Made by a program: the position numbers and the translations under genes. Positions 45,321-54,131 of a stretch of 64,000 nt of DNA are shown piece after piece. Source of the DNA: Candidatus Xenobia bacterium (lineage in GTDB: Bacteria > Vulcanimicrobiota > Xenobia > Xenobiales > QWHO01); the NCBI GenBank assembly GCA_045863235.1, contig BTUM01000005.1:58912-122911 (forward strand). The letters are read 5' to 3'. Under the pieces are notes generated by a model that was not told the origin of the DNA, ran no database searches, and was given only the letters and a program-made list of their open reading frames with translations. Position 1 is the stretch's first letter. Each line of letters starts with the position of its first letter.

Positions 45321-47666
45321 GTGACCACTGGCCAGCTCCTGGATTTGCCCAGGATCCCCGATCCGAAGGGCTTTGGGCCCCGAGTCGTCAGCCTCTCGCA
45401 GAGGCTGGAGAACGGGCCCAGCGGCGTCTTTGGCTTCTATGAGCCGAATGAGGCCCGGTTCGATCATCGGCTTGATCGCGCCGACGAGCACGTCGCGCGG
45501 GGCCGCTGGGATCTGGCCGAGCGCATGTACGAGCAGGTGCTGGCCGATTATCCCCACAATCGCCGGGCTCTCAACGGCGCCGCCCGGGTCTATGCAACCA
45601 AGGGCAAGCGGCGCAAGCTTTTGACCGCTTGCTACAGCTGGTTGGAAGCGCTGGAGCACCAGTCCCAGTGGAGTCTGGTCGAGGCGGTCGGGGAAGCCAT
45701 CCTGCGCTTCGACGCCACTTCCGAGAAGGCGCGCCTGCACATCGCCCTGGCCCGCCTGCAGAGCAAAGACTTCGGGGGGGCGCTGGCCAACCTGCGCGAG
45801 CTCAGCCTGCTCTTACTCGAGCGAGGAGAGACCGAGGAGTCGCTGCAACTGCTCGAGCGGGCCTGGCTGGTAGTGCCGTCGGATTTCCCCACCGGGATGG
45901 CCCTGGCCGAGGTCTACATCCTGACCGGCAATTTCGACCTGGCCGGACAGCACCTGCGCAACCTGGCCTCCGTCCTCATCGAGCGCGGCCAGGATGAGCT
46001 GGCGGCCGAGGTCTTTCAGCGCTTGATGGTGATCAGCCCCGAGCGGGCAGACGTAGCTCTCAGCCTTGGTCGGCTCTATCTGGCCATGGGACGCTATCCC
46101 GCCGCCATCGGCGAGTTCCGCTCGCTGCTGCGCCACCCGGGCGACCCGCGGCCGGCCCTGCTGCTGCTCGCGGAGGCCTGCCTGCTCAATAAGCAGTTCG
46201 AGGACGCGGTCCTGGCCGCGCGCAAGATCCTCAGCCTCGACCCCGAATGCGCCGAGGCCCGCAGCCTGCTGGGCACCGCTTACCTGGGCCTCGGCCTGAC
46301 CGAGCAGGCCAGCGAGCTGATGCCGGCACCGAGCCGCGCTCCCGAGCCCGAGATGGCCCAGGACGTCCCGCCCGTCTTTGTGCCAGCTCCACCCGTGCCC
46401 GAGAGCTTCCAGATGCCTGCTCTCCCGGTCTTGCCGCTTTGCGAAGAGCTGCCGCCCCTGCCGGTGCTGCCCTGCCTGGCGCCCGAGAGCGAGGGCGTCG
46501 TCCTGGCCGAGGCCCTGGAGTTCCTGGCCGTCGGACTGGATTCTGCCGACCAGGCGGTGGAGCCGCCCGCCCCCTCGCCCGCGCAGGCTACTCATGAGCT
46601 GGCCCCCTGGCCCGAGCCGAGTGGAGAGGCCTCATCCGAGCAGACTCAGGAGCTGGCCCCCTCGCCGGAGCCGAGTGGAGAGGCCTCACCCGAGGTGACT
46701 CAGGAGCTGGCTCCTGCACTCGAGCAGCACCCGACCGCTTTCTGGCACGAGCCGGTCCTGCCGACTCTGCCCGCGCCCCGGCCCACCGCGGCCCCGAATC
46801 AGGACGAAGCCCCGCCCAATCCGTTGCTCCTGCGCCACGGCATCCAGGCGGCCGCCCGCCTGCTCGACGATCCCTGGCTCAATCCCGAAGAGCGGGTGGA
46901 AGCCCTCGACTGCCTCTGCCAGGCCGTGCGTTACTATGCTCGCAGCCTGCCTCGCGACCGGCGCCAGGCTACCTGGTCGGCCCAGGAGCAGCAGATCGAG
47001 CAGGCCGTGGCCGTGTTGCGTCCGGTTCCCCTGGACGGCAACCTGGTGCGGCTCACCCTCTGGCGCGGTATCCAGGCCGCCGGTGCGCTCCTCTCCGAGC
47101 CCCGCCTGGCCTGGGAGCGCAAGCTGGAGGCCCAGACCGTGCTGGCCCTGGCGGCCGAGGCCTACGCCCGGGCCATCCCCTGCGAGCGGGCCGAGGACGC
47201 TTACCAGGCTCTCGACCGCCTGTTGCACAACCACGACTGGTCGCGCAACCTGGGTCCCTCCCAGCGCCTGACCGTATGGCGCGGCATCCAGGCCTGCGGC
47301 ACCCTGATGCTCGAGCGCGAGGACTCCCCCGAAGACCGCGTGCGCCTGCTGGAGACCCTGTGCCAGGCCGGCCGGCTCTACGCCCTGGAAGTGCCTCTGC
47401 CCGACCCCAACGCCGCCTTCGAGGCCCTGGCCCGCGTGCTTTATGCCACCGACCCGCGCCTCACCGATGGGCCGCTGACTCAGCATGCGCTCTGGAAGGG
47501 CATCCAGGCCGCTGGCGGGCTGCTCGACGACCCCAACTATCCGGCCGAGCGCCGCCAGGAAGTGCTGGGTGCCCTGTGCGAGACAGCTCGCGCCTTCGCG
47601 CGCCTGGCCCCGCCGCCCGAGCCCGATGCCCTGGATCGGCTCAAGAGCGACTACTTCCTCTCCTGA
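45321..47666 (+). CDS. TPR-repeat protein with Pro-rich linker and four ~70-aa C-terminal repeats
   Basis: 781 aa. N-terminal TPR-like helical repeats. Linker with tandem 23-aa units (QELAPSPEPSGEAS). Four copies of the L.(V/L)WRGIQAAG.LL..P...R...L..LC..AR.YA module. Confidence 0.8.
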   Translation: MTTGQLLDLPRIPDPKGFGPRVVSLSQRLENGPSGVFGFYEPNEARFDHRLDRADEHVARGRWDLAERMYEQVLADYPHNRRALNGAARVYATKGKRRKLLTACYSWLEALEHQSQWSLVEAVGEAILRFDATSEKARLHIALARLQSKDFGGALANLRELSLLLLERGETEESLQLLERAWLVVPSDFPTGMALAEVYILTGNFDLAGQHLRNLASVLIERGQDELAAEVFQRLMVISPERADVALSLGRLYLAMGRYPAAIGEFRSLLRHPGDPRPALLLLAEACLLNKQFEDAVLAARKILSLDPECAEARSLLGTAYLGLGLTEQASELMPAPSRAPEPEMAQDVPPVFVPAPPVPESFQMPALPVLPLCEELPPLPVLPCLAPESEGVVLAEALEFLAVGLDSADQAVEPPAPSPAQATHELAPWPEPSGEASSEQTQELAPSPEPSGEASPEVTQELAPALEQHPTAFWHEPVLPTLPAPRPTAAPNQDEAPPNPLLLRHGIQAAARLLDDPWLNPEERVEALDCLCQAVRYYARSLPRDRRQATWSAQEQQIEQAVAVLRPVPLDGNLVRLTLWRGIQAAGALLSEPRLAWERKLEAQTVLALAAEAYARAIPCERAEDAYQALDRLLHNHDWSRNLGPSQRLTVWRGIQACGTLMLEREDSPEDRVRLLETLCQAGRLYALEVPLPDPNAAFEALARVLYATDPRLTDGPLTQHALWKGIQAAGGLLDDPNYPAERRQEVLGALCETARAFARLAPPPEPDALDRLKSDYFLS
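47618..47660. repeat. imperfect 43-bp direct repeat, copy A (3' end of the TPR gene)
   Basis: cccgagcccgatgccctggatcggctcaagagcgactacttcc is ~88% identical to 48443..48485. Confidence 0.7.
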
Positions 47667-47994
47667 GCAGCGACTTGCTCCTCCAGTCGAGCCCCTGACC
47701 CACTGAGCTCGTCAAAGATCCGGTAACTTCGCCGCAACAGTCCGGCAAAGGATCGGCAATGCTTCGTTCATCCGGGGACGGTAGGCTTGAGGCAGAAACC
47801 CGGCGAAGATCCGTGACGACAGCCGGGCTAGAAGTCCGGCCGCAAGCCCCCTGTGGTGTCGGAGGGAACCTCCGCCACCACAAGATGTTGTAGGCGCCCG
47901 GACTTCTAGCACTACATGTTTGGGCGTCGCGCAGCCGGAAAACCGTGTCAAGGGGGTTTCCGGCTGCGCTCCTGAATTCATCGAGGAGCAGCTG

Positions 47995-48411
47995 ATGATG
48001 AGCGACTACGAGAACTTGCGTCGGGAGATGCAGGCCAACTTCGAGTTGACCTGGGGAAAGTTGGCCGACCACGACCGGCGTTTTGACGAGCAGGCAGCCA
48101 TTTTGCGAAAGCACGGCGAGATGCTCGATTCCCACTCGGCCAAGCTCGATTCCCACTCGGCCAAGCTCGACGCCCACTCGGCCAAGCTCGACGAGCATTC
48201 GGCCAGACACGACGAGCACTCGGCCCGTTTCGACAGGCTCGACCGGCTGATCCCGATGATGCAGACGACGATGGATGCGGTCCTGGAGCTTCGCCAGGAG
48301 GTCGGCGATTTGCGCCGCGAGATGCGGAGCGAGTTCACGGCCGTCCGATCGGACCTGTCCGACCTGACCCGCCGCGTCGAGGTGCTGGAGAAACGATCGC
48401 CGGCGGCCTGA
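47995..48411 (+). CDS. small coiled-coil protein with 5 tandem heptad repeats (LDSHSAK-like)
   Basis: ATG 47995 is preceded by GAGGAG 6 nt upstream. An in-frame ATG at 47920 would place a hairpin inside the ORF. 21-bp DNA tandem repeats x5 at 48124-48228. Lower GC than its surroundings. Confidence 0.55.
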   Translation: MMSDYENLRREMQANFELTWGKLADHDRRFDEQAAILRKHGEMLDSHSAKLDSHSAKLDAHSAKLDEHSARHDEHSARFDRLDRLIPMMQTTMDAVLELRQEVGDLRREMRSEFTAVRSDLSDLTRRVEVLEKRSPAA

Positions 48412-48442
48412 ATCGAGTGACTCGTAAAAGCTGGCCCGCGGC

Positions 48443-48485
48443 GCCCGAGCCGGACGCCTGGAACGGCTCAAAAGCGACTACTTTC
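48443..48485. repeat. imperfect 43-bp direct repeat, copy B (frameshifted relic of the TPR gene 3' end), overlapping the last codons of phr on the opposite strand
   Basis: cccgagccggacgcctggaacggctcaaaagcgactactttcc. See copy A. Confidence 0.7.
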
Positions 48486-49821
48486 CCAACGCTCTCTCGA
48501 AAGCGCGCAGCGCCAGGTCCCGAGCCTGCGCATGGTCCACGATGGGGGCGGGGTAATCCCGGCCGATGCGGCAGCCCACCATCTCCTGCAGCCCGGGAGG
48601 CATCTTGTGGGGCTGGTGCACGAACTTCCTGGGCACTCGGGCCAACTCGCTCACCCACTCGCGCACGTAATCTCCCTCGGGATCAAACTTCCGGCCCTGC
48701 AGCACGGGGTTGAAAATGCGGAAGTAGGGTTGGGGGTCGGTGCCGGTGGAGGCGGCCCACTGCCAGCCTCCGTTGTTGGCGGCCAGATCTCCGTCCACCA
48801 GGTATTGCATGAAGTGGCGCTCGCCCTCGCGCCAGTCAATCAGCAGGTCCTTGGTCAGAAAGGAGGCCACAATCATCCGGGCGCGATTGTGCATCCAGCC
48901 GGTGGCCTTCAACTCGCGCATGGCTGCGTCCACGATAGGATAGCCGGTGCGCCCGTCCTTCCAGGCCTCCAGGTGCTCGCCCGCGTCCTCCCAGGCCACC
49001 TGGTCCAGCGCCTGCCGAAAGGCCTGGCGCGTCACCCGCGGGTGGTGCCACAGGATGTGGTAATAAAAGTCGCGCCAGCAAAGCTCGCTGACATAGGTAT
49101 CGCTGGCCGCGCAGCGCTCGGCCACCTCGAGCGGCGAGAGCAATCCCCAGCGCAGGTCCTGGCTCAGGCGGGAGCTGCCAGGACAGCCCGGCAGGTCACG
49201 CCGGGCGGCGTAGTCGACCACTTTGTCCTGGGCGAACTGCTCCAGGCGCCGCCGGGCCGCCGTTTCACCCGCCTCGAGCAGCTGGCTCAACGGCTTGCTG
49301 GGAGGAACGGGATCAGACGAAGGCCAGCGATCAGGGCTCTGGAGCCGGGTGGGCGCCGCCAGCACCTCCCGGCGGCTCAGCTGCTCCCAGCGCCGCCGGT
49401 AGGGCGTGAAGACCGAATAGGGCTGGCCGGCGCCGGTGAGCACGGCTTCCGGCTCCTGGATCAGCTGGCCGGGGTGGGACAGGCCGCCGACGGCCCCATC
49501 GCGGCGACGGGCGTAGGGCCCATAATCGCGCTGGTAGTGGATCCGCTCGGCTCCGCTCTCAGCCTGCAGTCGGGCCAGCACATCGGCCGGCCGTCCTCGG
49601 CGGATCACCAGGCGGCTGCCCAACTCCTGCAACTGCGTGCTCAGGGCCTTCACCGACTCGAGCATGAAGTGCACCCGGTTGGGCGAAGGCCAGCGGCCCT
49701 CGAGCAGGGCGGGGTCGAGAATGAAGACCGGGATGACCGCGCCATCCTCGACTGCGGCACACAGAGCGGGGTGATCGGCCAGGCGCAGGTCGCGCCGCAG
49801 CCAGAGCAGGGAGGGCTTCAT
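48478..49821 (-). CDS. phr: deoxyribodipyrimidine (CPD) photolyase / cryptochrome family
   Basis: 447 aa. N-terminal LLWLRRDLRLADHPAL and the FAD-binding block WREFYYHI...GWMHNRARMIVASFL...DGDLAANNGGWQW are classic photolyase motifs. Confidence 0.9.
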   Translation of the reverse strand: MKPSLLWLRRDLRLADHPALCAAVEDGAVIPVFILDPALLEGRWPSPNRVHFMLESVKALSTQLQELGSRLVIRRGRPADVLARLQAESGAERIHYQRDYGPYARRRDGAVGGLSHPGQLIQEPEAVLTGAGQPYSVFTPYRRRWEQLSRREVLAAPTRLQSPDRWPSSDPVPPSKPLSQLLEAGETAARRRLEQFAQDKVVDYAARRDLPGCPGSSRLSQDLRWGLLSPLEVAERCAASDTYVSELCWRDFYYHILWHHPRVTRQAFRQALDQVAWEDAGEHLEAWKDGRTGYPIVDAAMRELKATGWMHNRARMIVASFLTKDLLIDWREGERHFMQYLVDGDLAANNGGWQWAASTGTDPQPYFRIFNPVLQGRKFDPEGDYVREWVSELARVPRKFVHQPHKMPPGLQEMVGCRIGRDYPAPIVDHAQARDLALRAFERALGK

Positions 49822-50261
49822 ATCCGGCTTATGCCCTCACCGGGTCGCGAATCCTGCGCGGAGACAACGCCGTAGGAGGTCGATCCCCCGGTGAAGCTTG
49901 GCCACAAAGGGGGGCGGCGAGGGCTCAACTTGACCTGAGAAGGGCGGTTGTCGCGGGGAATCGGCGCGGACAGGTCGGCCGGCTCAGGGCCGGACCTGGA
50001 ATGGACCCAGCCCGCCTTGAGTTGGGTCGTGTTGGTCAGGATTTCCGACCAAGCGCAGCAGCCTTCGCTCTTTCGCGGGGGGGCGGTGGGCGATTTGATC
50101 ACCATCTGATCACCTTCCCCCAAAGCCGCATGGTTAAGCCATCTCTTCTGGACTTGGTGCTGGCGGTAGGCCGCCCCGCAGACCCAGTTCCATCAACAAT
50201 GTCATTTGACCCCACCCCCCACGCACCGCGACTTGTCTGTTGCAAGTCTGCCTTCAGGGCT

Positions 50262-50723
50262 TCAGGAAAGCAGGGGGTTGGCCGGAATCATTGTTGTGCC
50301 TGGAATCACGGTCTCAATCCAGGGGAACGCGATAGCCGTTAGTATTCCGTCGTCGAACATCAACGAAATACTCTGAGCCTTCATGCCCAGCTTGCGATAG
50401 GTATTGAACTTGCGAGAATCGCCCCCGGTCGACCACTCCGGGGGGCCGAGGTATCCCTCGACCTCCGCTCTCGAGGCGCCCAGACGAAACAAGACCTCAC
50501 CGTTGCATTCGAAGGAATCTCCGTGGATTTCTCTTACGATGTTGTGCCCTCGCTCAGTGTAAAGCCGGATCTGCCTATTCTGCTTGCAGTAGAATCTGTC
50601 CACCGGAACCGGATCGGAGACTTTCCTCCTTTGAGTCAAGGGTCCCACGATCTGCGCCGCTTGTTGGACAGTCGTGTGCTCTTCCAGCCCATCAATGGTG
50701 AGCTTCCCGTCTACCGGTATCAA
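50262..50723 (-). CDS. hypothetical protein (lower-GC islet), downstream partner of the Uma2 gene
   Basis: The upper part of ORF 50262..50786 overlaps the Uma2 gene, so the start is probably non-ATG near 50723. ~55% GC. No recognisable motif. Confidence 0.4.
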   Translation of the reverse strand: MIPVDGKLTIDGLEEHTTVQQAAQIVGPLTQRRKVSDPVPVDRFYCKQNRQIRLYTERGHNIVREIHGDSFECNGEVLFRLGASRAEVEGYLGPPEWSTGGDSRKFNTYRKLGMKAQSISLMFDDGILTAIAFPWIETVIPGTTMIPANPLLS

Positions 50724-51283
50724 CTTCCGGGGCTGGGCGCGAACAAGTCTGCCAGGTCGAAGGCCACCTCCGGATAGGCAGACCACACGAACCGGTCCCC
50801 CACCGTCAGGCTCGACTCCACGCGATATGTATCCCCGTCGAGTCCCAGAACCAAGAGCGTTTTTTCCTCGGGGTCGACCAGCCAGTACCAGGCTACGCCG
50901 TTCTTGGCGTATCCGTGCAGTTTGAGAGTCCGGTCACGACTCGAAGTCGAAGGAGACAGCACCTCGACGACCAGAGTGGGAGCACCACGGATGCATTTCT
51001 CTTCGATCTTCGAGAGCTCGCGTGAGGCGAGAAAGAGAAGGTCGGGCTGAATGGGCGTAGCATCTTGCATCACCAAATCGATAGGAGCCAGGTAAATGGA
51101 ACCCTTCCCGGCGAGTTCGAGGGGGTACAGCGAATGGGAGATTCGAAGAACGAGTTTTTGGTGAAACGGACTGGGCGCCGGTGCCAAATAGAGCCTCCCG
51201 GAAAGGACCTCATACCGATTGCCGTCCTCGGGCAACTCGCAGTAATCTTCGTACGTCCAGATTTTCTCTTGCTCGAGCGACAT
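50720..51283 (-). CDS. Uma2-family (DUF820) PD-(D/E)xK-like endonuclease
   Basis: 187 aa. YEDYCELPEDGNRYEVLSGRL...APSP.H and the later (V)VEVLSPST / D(R)..K pattern are typical of the Uma2 family. ~55% GC. Confidence 0.8.
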   Translation of the reverse strand: MSLEQEKIWTYEDYCELPEDGNRYEVLSGRLYLAPAPSPFHQKLVLRISHSLYPLELAGKGSIYLAPIDLVMQDATPIQPDLLFLASRELSKIEEKCIRGAPTLVVEVLSPSTSSRDRTLKLHGYAKNGVAWYWLVDPEEKTLLVLGLDGDTYRVESSLTVGDRFVWSAYPEVAFDLADLFAPSPGS

Positions 51284-51545
51284 CCCGGAGTTATTCGACT
51301 CGTCCGAGCGCCCCTCCCGCCCGAGCTAATGCAGCCACGCGTCCCCAACTCAGTTTACCGCCGCGCGCACTTCTAGCGACGGTGGGAGAAGGTCACCGAC
51401 GGACGGTCGGGCGTGTCACAATTAGATGAGGTCACGGTTCTCGGAACCTGCACCAAGCAGAAGTAACGTCGCTCTTACCCGGGGAACCTACGTGTCTCCG
51501 CGGACCTCCTCCGCTCGCCAGGTCTCTTCAAGACGGTACCCGAGG

Positions 51546-51572
51546 ACATCGAAAGGGCCCGTGCCCCATCGG
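51546..51572. terminator. perfect 11-bp-stem GC hairpin (gggcccgtgcc-ccatc-ggcacgggccc) immediately downstream of the 51598..51918 gene
   Basis: Perfect inverted repeat ~25 bp past the stop codon on the transcribed strand. No U-tract. Confidence 0.45.
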
Positions 51573-51597
51573 CACGGGCCCTCAGGAATTCTATCTA

Positions 51598-51918
51598 CTA
51601 CAGCTCCCCTCGACTGGCGGGCTGGCCGGGCGGGTCAGGTTGGGGATTGAATCCCTTCTCCGAACCGGGGTCGGACGGTCCCTGGTTCTGGACCTCCGGC
51701 ACGCGGACATCCTTCTGGACCGCAGGCACAGTGTCCGTTTGAGCCTTCTGTTCACGGGTATCGGTCTGAACCGCCGGTACTTGAGTCTCGGGCGGCCGTA
51801 CCGAGCCGTCGCACTCCTGAGGATTGGCTGCGGCCGAGCTGAACAACATTCCGACCATGGCCAGGGACAGGACTCCGCGATGTATCTTCTGGCGCAAAGC
51901 GCTTTGGGTCTTGTTCAC
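51598..51918 (-). CDS. small secreted protein, hypothetical
   Basis: 106 aa. Signal-like VLSLAMVGMLFSSAAA. Gln/Pro/Val-rich mature part with repeated (V)PAVQ(T/K)D. Lower GC. Confidence 0.45.
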   Translation of the reverse strand: MNKTQSALRQKIHRGVLSLAMVGMLFSSAAANPQECDGSVRPPETQVPAVQTDTREQKAQTDTVPAVQKDVRVPEVQNQGPSDPGSEKGFNPQPDPPGQPASRGEL

Positions 51919-52299
51919 TTGCTATCCCTCCGTTTGGGTTGTTGCGTCCACGACGCACACACTAGCAGACCCGAATCCAGAGCTCCGTGGGTTGCTTCAC
52001 AGCCGTCTTGTGAGCCAGCCCACAAACCATGCGGACCAACTGTACGTGCTCAAGGGTCTTGCCTGACTCCACTCATCATGCACCCCATCGTCTTGCACGG
52101 AATTCAAGAACATCCGGGGTATTGTCAGTTTTGTTAACAAGTTGTATCCTGTATGCAAGGCACTGCTCGGTCAATGACTCCTGGGTTCCGCGTTCGGGGC
52201 GCGAGGTCAGCGGAGAGTTAGTAGCCCGGCCTCCCGGTGGTCGAACTCCAACCGAATTCGCCCCGAGAAGACGCTATTATAAGGAGTCGTTGTTTTCCC

Positions 52300-52725
52300 A
52301 TGTCGTTCACGGACAAAACCCTCACTTGTCGCGATTGCGGCGCCAGTTTCACCTTCACGGCCAGCGAGCAGGAGTTCTATTCCTCCAAGGGCTTCTCCAA
52401 TGAGCCCGGCCGCTGCCCTCCTTGCCGTACCGCCCGCAAACGCGCCCGTGACGGCGGCGGCGGGGGAGGAGGAGGCGGCTTTGGTGGAGGCGGCGGCTTC
52501 GGTGGCGGCGGTGGTTTTGGCGGTGGGGGCGGTGGCTACGAGCGCCGCGACCGCCAGCTGTTCAGCGTAGTCTGCGCCGAGTGCGGCAAGCAGACCGAGG
52601 TGCCCTTCCAGCCTCGCGGCGACCGCCCGGTCTACTGCTCGGACTGCTTCCAGTCCCAGCGTGGCGGTGGGGGCGGCGGGGGTGGCCGTGGTGGCGGCGG
52701 CGGAGGCCGCAGCGGCCGCTGGTAG
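52300..52725 (+). CDS. glycine-rich double zinc-ribbon protein (paralog B)
   Basis: ATG 52300 downstream of AAGGAG. TCRDCGASFTFTASEQEFYSSKGFSNEPGRCPPCR, (GGGGF)x3 linker, CAECG...PVYCSDCF, Gly/Arg tail. Same architecture as 12376..12759. Confidence 0.7.
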   Translation: MSFTDKTLTCRDCGASFTFTASEQEFYSSKGFSNEPGRCPPCRTARKRARDGGGGGGGGGFGGGGGFGGGGGFGGGGGGYERRDRQLFSVVCAECGKQTEVPFQPRGDRPVYCSDCFQSQRGGGGGGGGRGGGGGGRSGRW

Positions 52726-53112
52726 TGAATTCAGCGCCACACTGCGGGTCCCGCTGCAGGAAGCCCGCGTGCGCGCTGAGCGAGTTTGCCGCTTGCTGGC
52801 CGAGTGCATGCTGGGCCCGGGGAACGTCACCGTCAGCGTGGGAGTGGCTGGCAGCTCGGAGGGCACGGCCAGCCTGGCCGAGTTGGTACGGCGCGCCGAC
52901 GCGGCTCTCAGTCTGGCAAAGCAGGCCGGCAAGAATCGCGTTGAGATCGCCTGAGTCCACTTGCTAAGCGGACCCTGGCGCTGGGAGTCATCCCCGCCTG
53001 AGGAGGCTAAGGGTCTTGCGGCGGAAGCTGGCGCGTGCGGCTTCTTTTTTTGATACCGTGGCGCTTTCGAGGCATAACTCGTCGAACGTTGTGGCCCAGG
53101 GACCACCGGAGT

Positions 53113-53820
53113 TCAGTGGTGACAGTGCTGGTGCTGCGCGACCGGGGCGCTGGGCGCCGACCCCTCGAGCTTGTCCAGCGTGAGGTTGTAGCCCAGGTAA
53201 CCGCCCATCTCCCAGCCGAGCTTGCCCACCGTCAGGGCGCCGCCCAGGGCTCCCATGACGGCCCCGCCCACGGCCCCCGCGGCCACGCCCAGGAAGCCCA
53301 GCTTGTGGGTCAGCCTGCCCAGGCCGCAGGTGGCCCGCTCGATCCGTTTCAGGCCGTCCACCGAATCCTGGCCGTGCTTGCCGGACAGGCGCGCGTGCAG
53401 TTTCTCGCTGGCCTCCGGGCCGCTCCCTGCGGTGGCGCCCAGATATCCGCCCAGGCAGGCCCCGCCTACCGCGCCCGCCAGGCCGGCGCCCAGGGCACCG
53501 ACAAGCTTGCCGGCGATGCGGGCGGCGCCGGCCGCCAGTCGGGCGCCGCGCGAGGAATCTGGGCGGGCGTGGAAGACCTCGGCGCGGGGGCTGACGCTCT
53601 GGCCCTGACTGCCGGGCACCGGGTCGTGGCCGCGGGTTTTCACATTGGGCATGCAGCGCAGAAAGCGCATGAAGGCCATCTCGCCGCCCTCGCGCAGACC
53701 GTGCAACTCGATGGCCTCGCGGGCGTACTGGCTGCAACTCGGGGTATAGTGGCAACAGCGATTGCGCGACTCGTTGAACTCGCGGCTGACATAGCGCTGA
53801 TAGAGGCCGATGGGGGACAT
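53113..53820 (-). CDS. YidD-domain protein with long Gly/Ala-rich (glycine-zipper-like) C-terminal extension
   Basis: The N-terminal 60 aa (GLYQRYVS...CCHYTPSCSQYAREAIELHG...FLRCMP) match the membrane protein insertion efficiency factor YidD. The C-terminal ~150 aa are GxxxG/AxxxG-rich and end HQHCHH. Confidence 0.65.
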   Translation of the reverse strand: MSPIGLYQRYVSREFNESRNRCCHYTPSCSQYAREAIELHGLREGGEMAFMRFLRCMPNVKTRGHDPVPGSQGQSVSPRAEVFHARPDSSRGARLAAGAARIAGKLVGALGAGLAGAVGGACLGGYLGATAGSGPEASEKLHARLSGKHGQDSVDGLKRIERATCGLGRLTHKLGFLGVAAGAVGGAVMGALGGALTVGKLGWEMGGYLGYNLTLDKLEGSAPSAPVAQHQHCHH

Positions 53821-53888
53821 GCCAGGATCAGTTTGCCAGAGCGGGCTGAAAGAAGCCTTACGGGGCTCAGGGCCTGCTGAAAGAAGCC

Positions 53889-54131
53889 CTACTCGGGCTG
53901 AGGGCGCTCCAGCTCGCGCAAGCGCTGGCGCAGGTCGTGCACTTCGGCCTCCAGCGCTCTGAGACGGCGCTCGGTTTCCTCGCGATAGGCCAGGAACAAC
54001 CGCTCCAGCGGCGAGGCCGCCTGGACCGGGGGCTCATGCCCCTCCAGGCGCGCTTGCCGGGCCTCCGAATCGCGCCAGTGGCGCTCGCTCTCGGCGTCCC
54101 ACTCCTGACGTAGCTTGCGCAGGTCATCCAT
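53889..54131 (-). CDS. small coiled-coil protein, hypothetical
   Basis: 80 aa, charged, heptad-like. Overlaps the stop of the upstream gene. The other frame (53867..54199) looks artefactual. Confidence 0.3.
   Translation of the reverse strand: MDDLRKLRQEWDAESERHWRDSEARQARLEGHEPPVQAASPLERLFLAYREETERRLRALEAEVHDLRQRLRELERPQPE

Noticed and set aside
43863-45740. 625-aa ORF as the ankyrin gene
   Set aside because: Upstream 315 codons overlap the TPR gene and a membrane-protein ORF. TTG at 44790 with SD yields a clean signal peptide immediately before the first ankyrin repeat.
49822-50261. tRNA or small RNA in the 440-bp gap after phr
   Set aside because: No GGTTCGAATCC-like T-arm or cloverleaf could be found by eye. 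The region is left as unexplained non-coding sequence and is noted within the low-GC islet finding.
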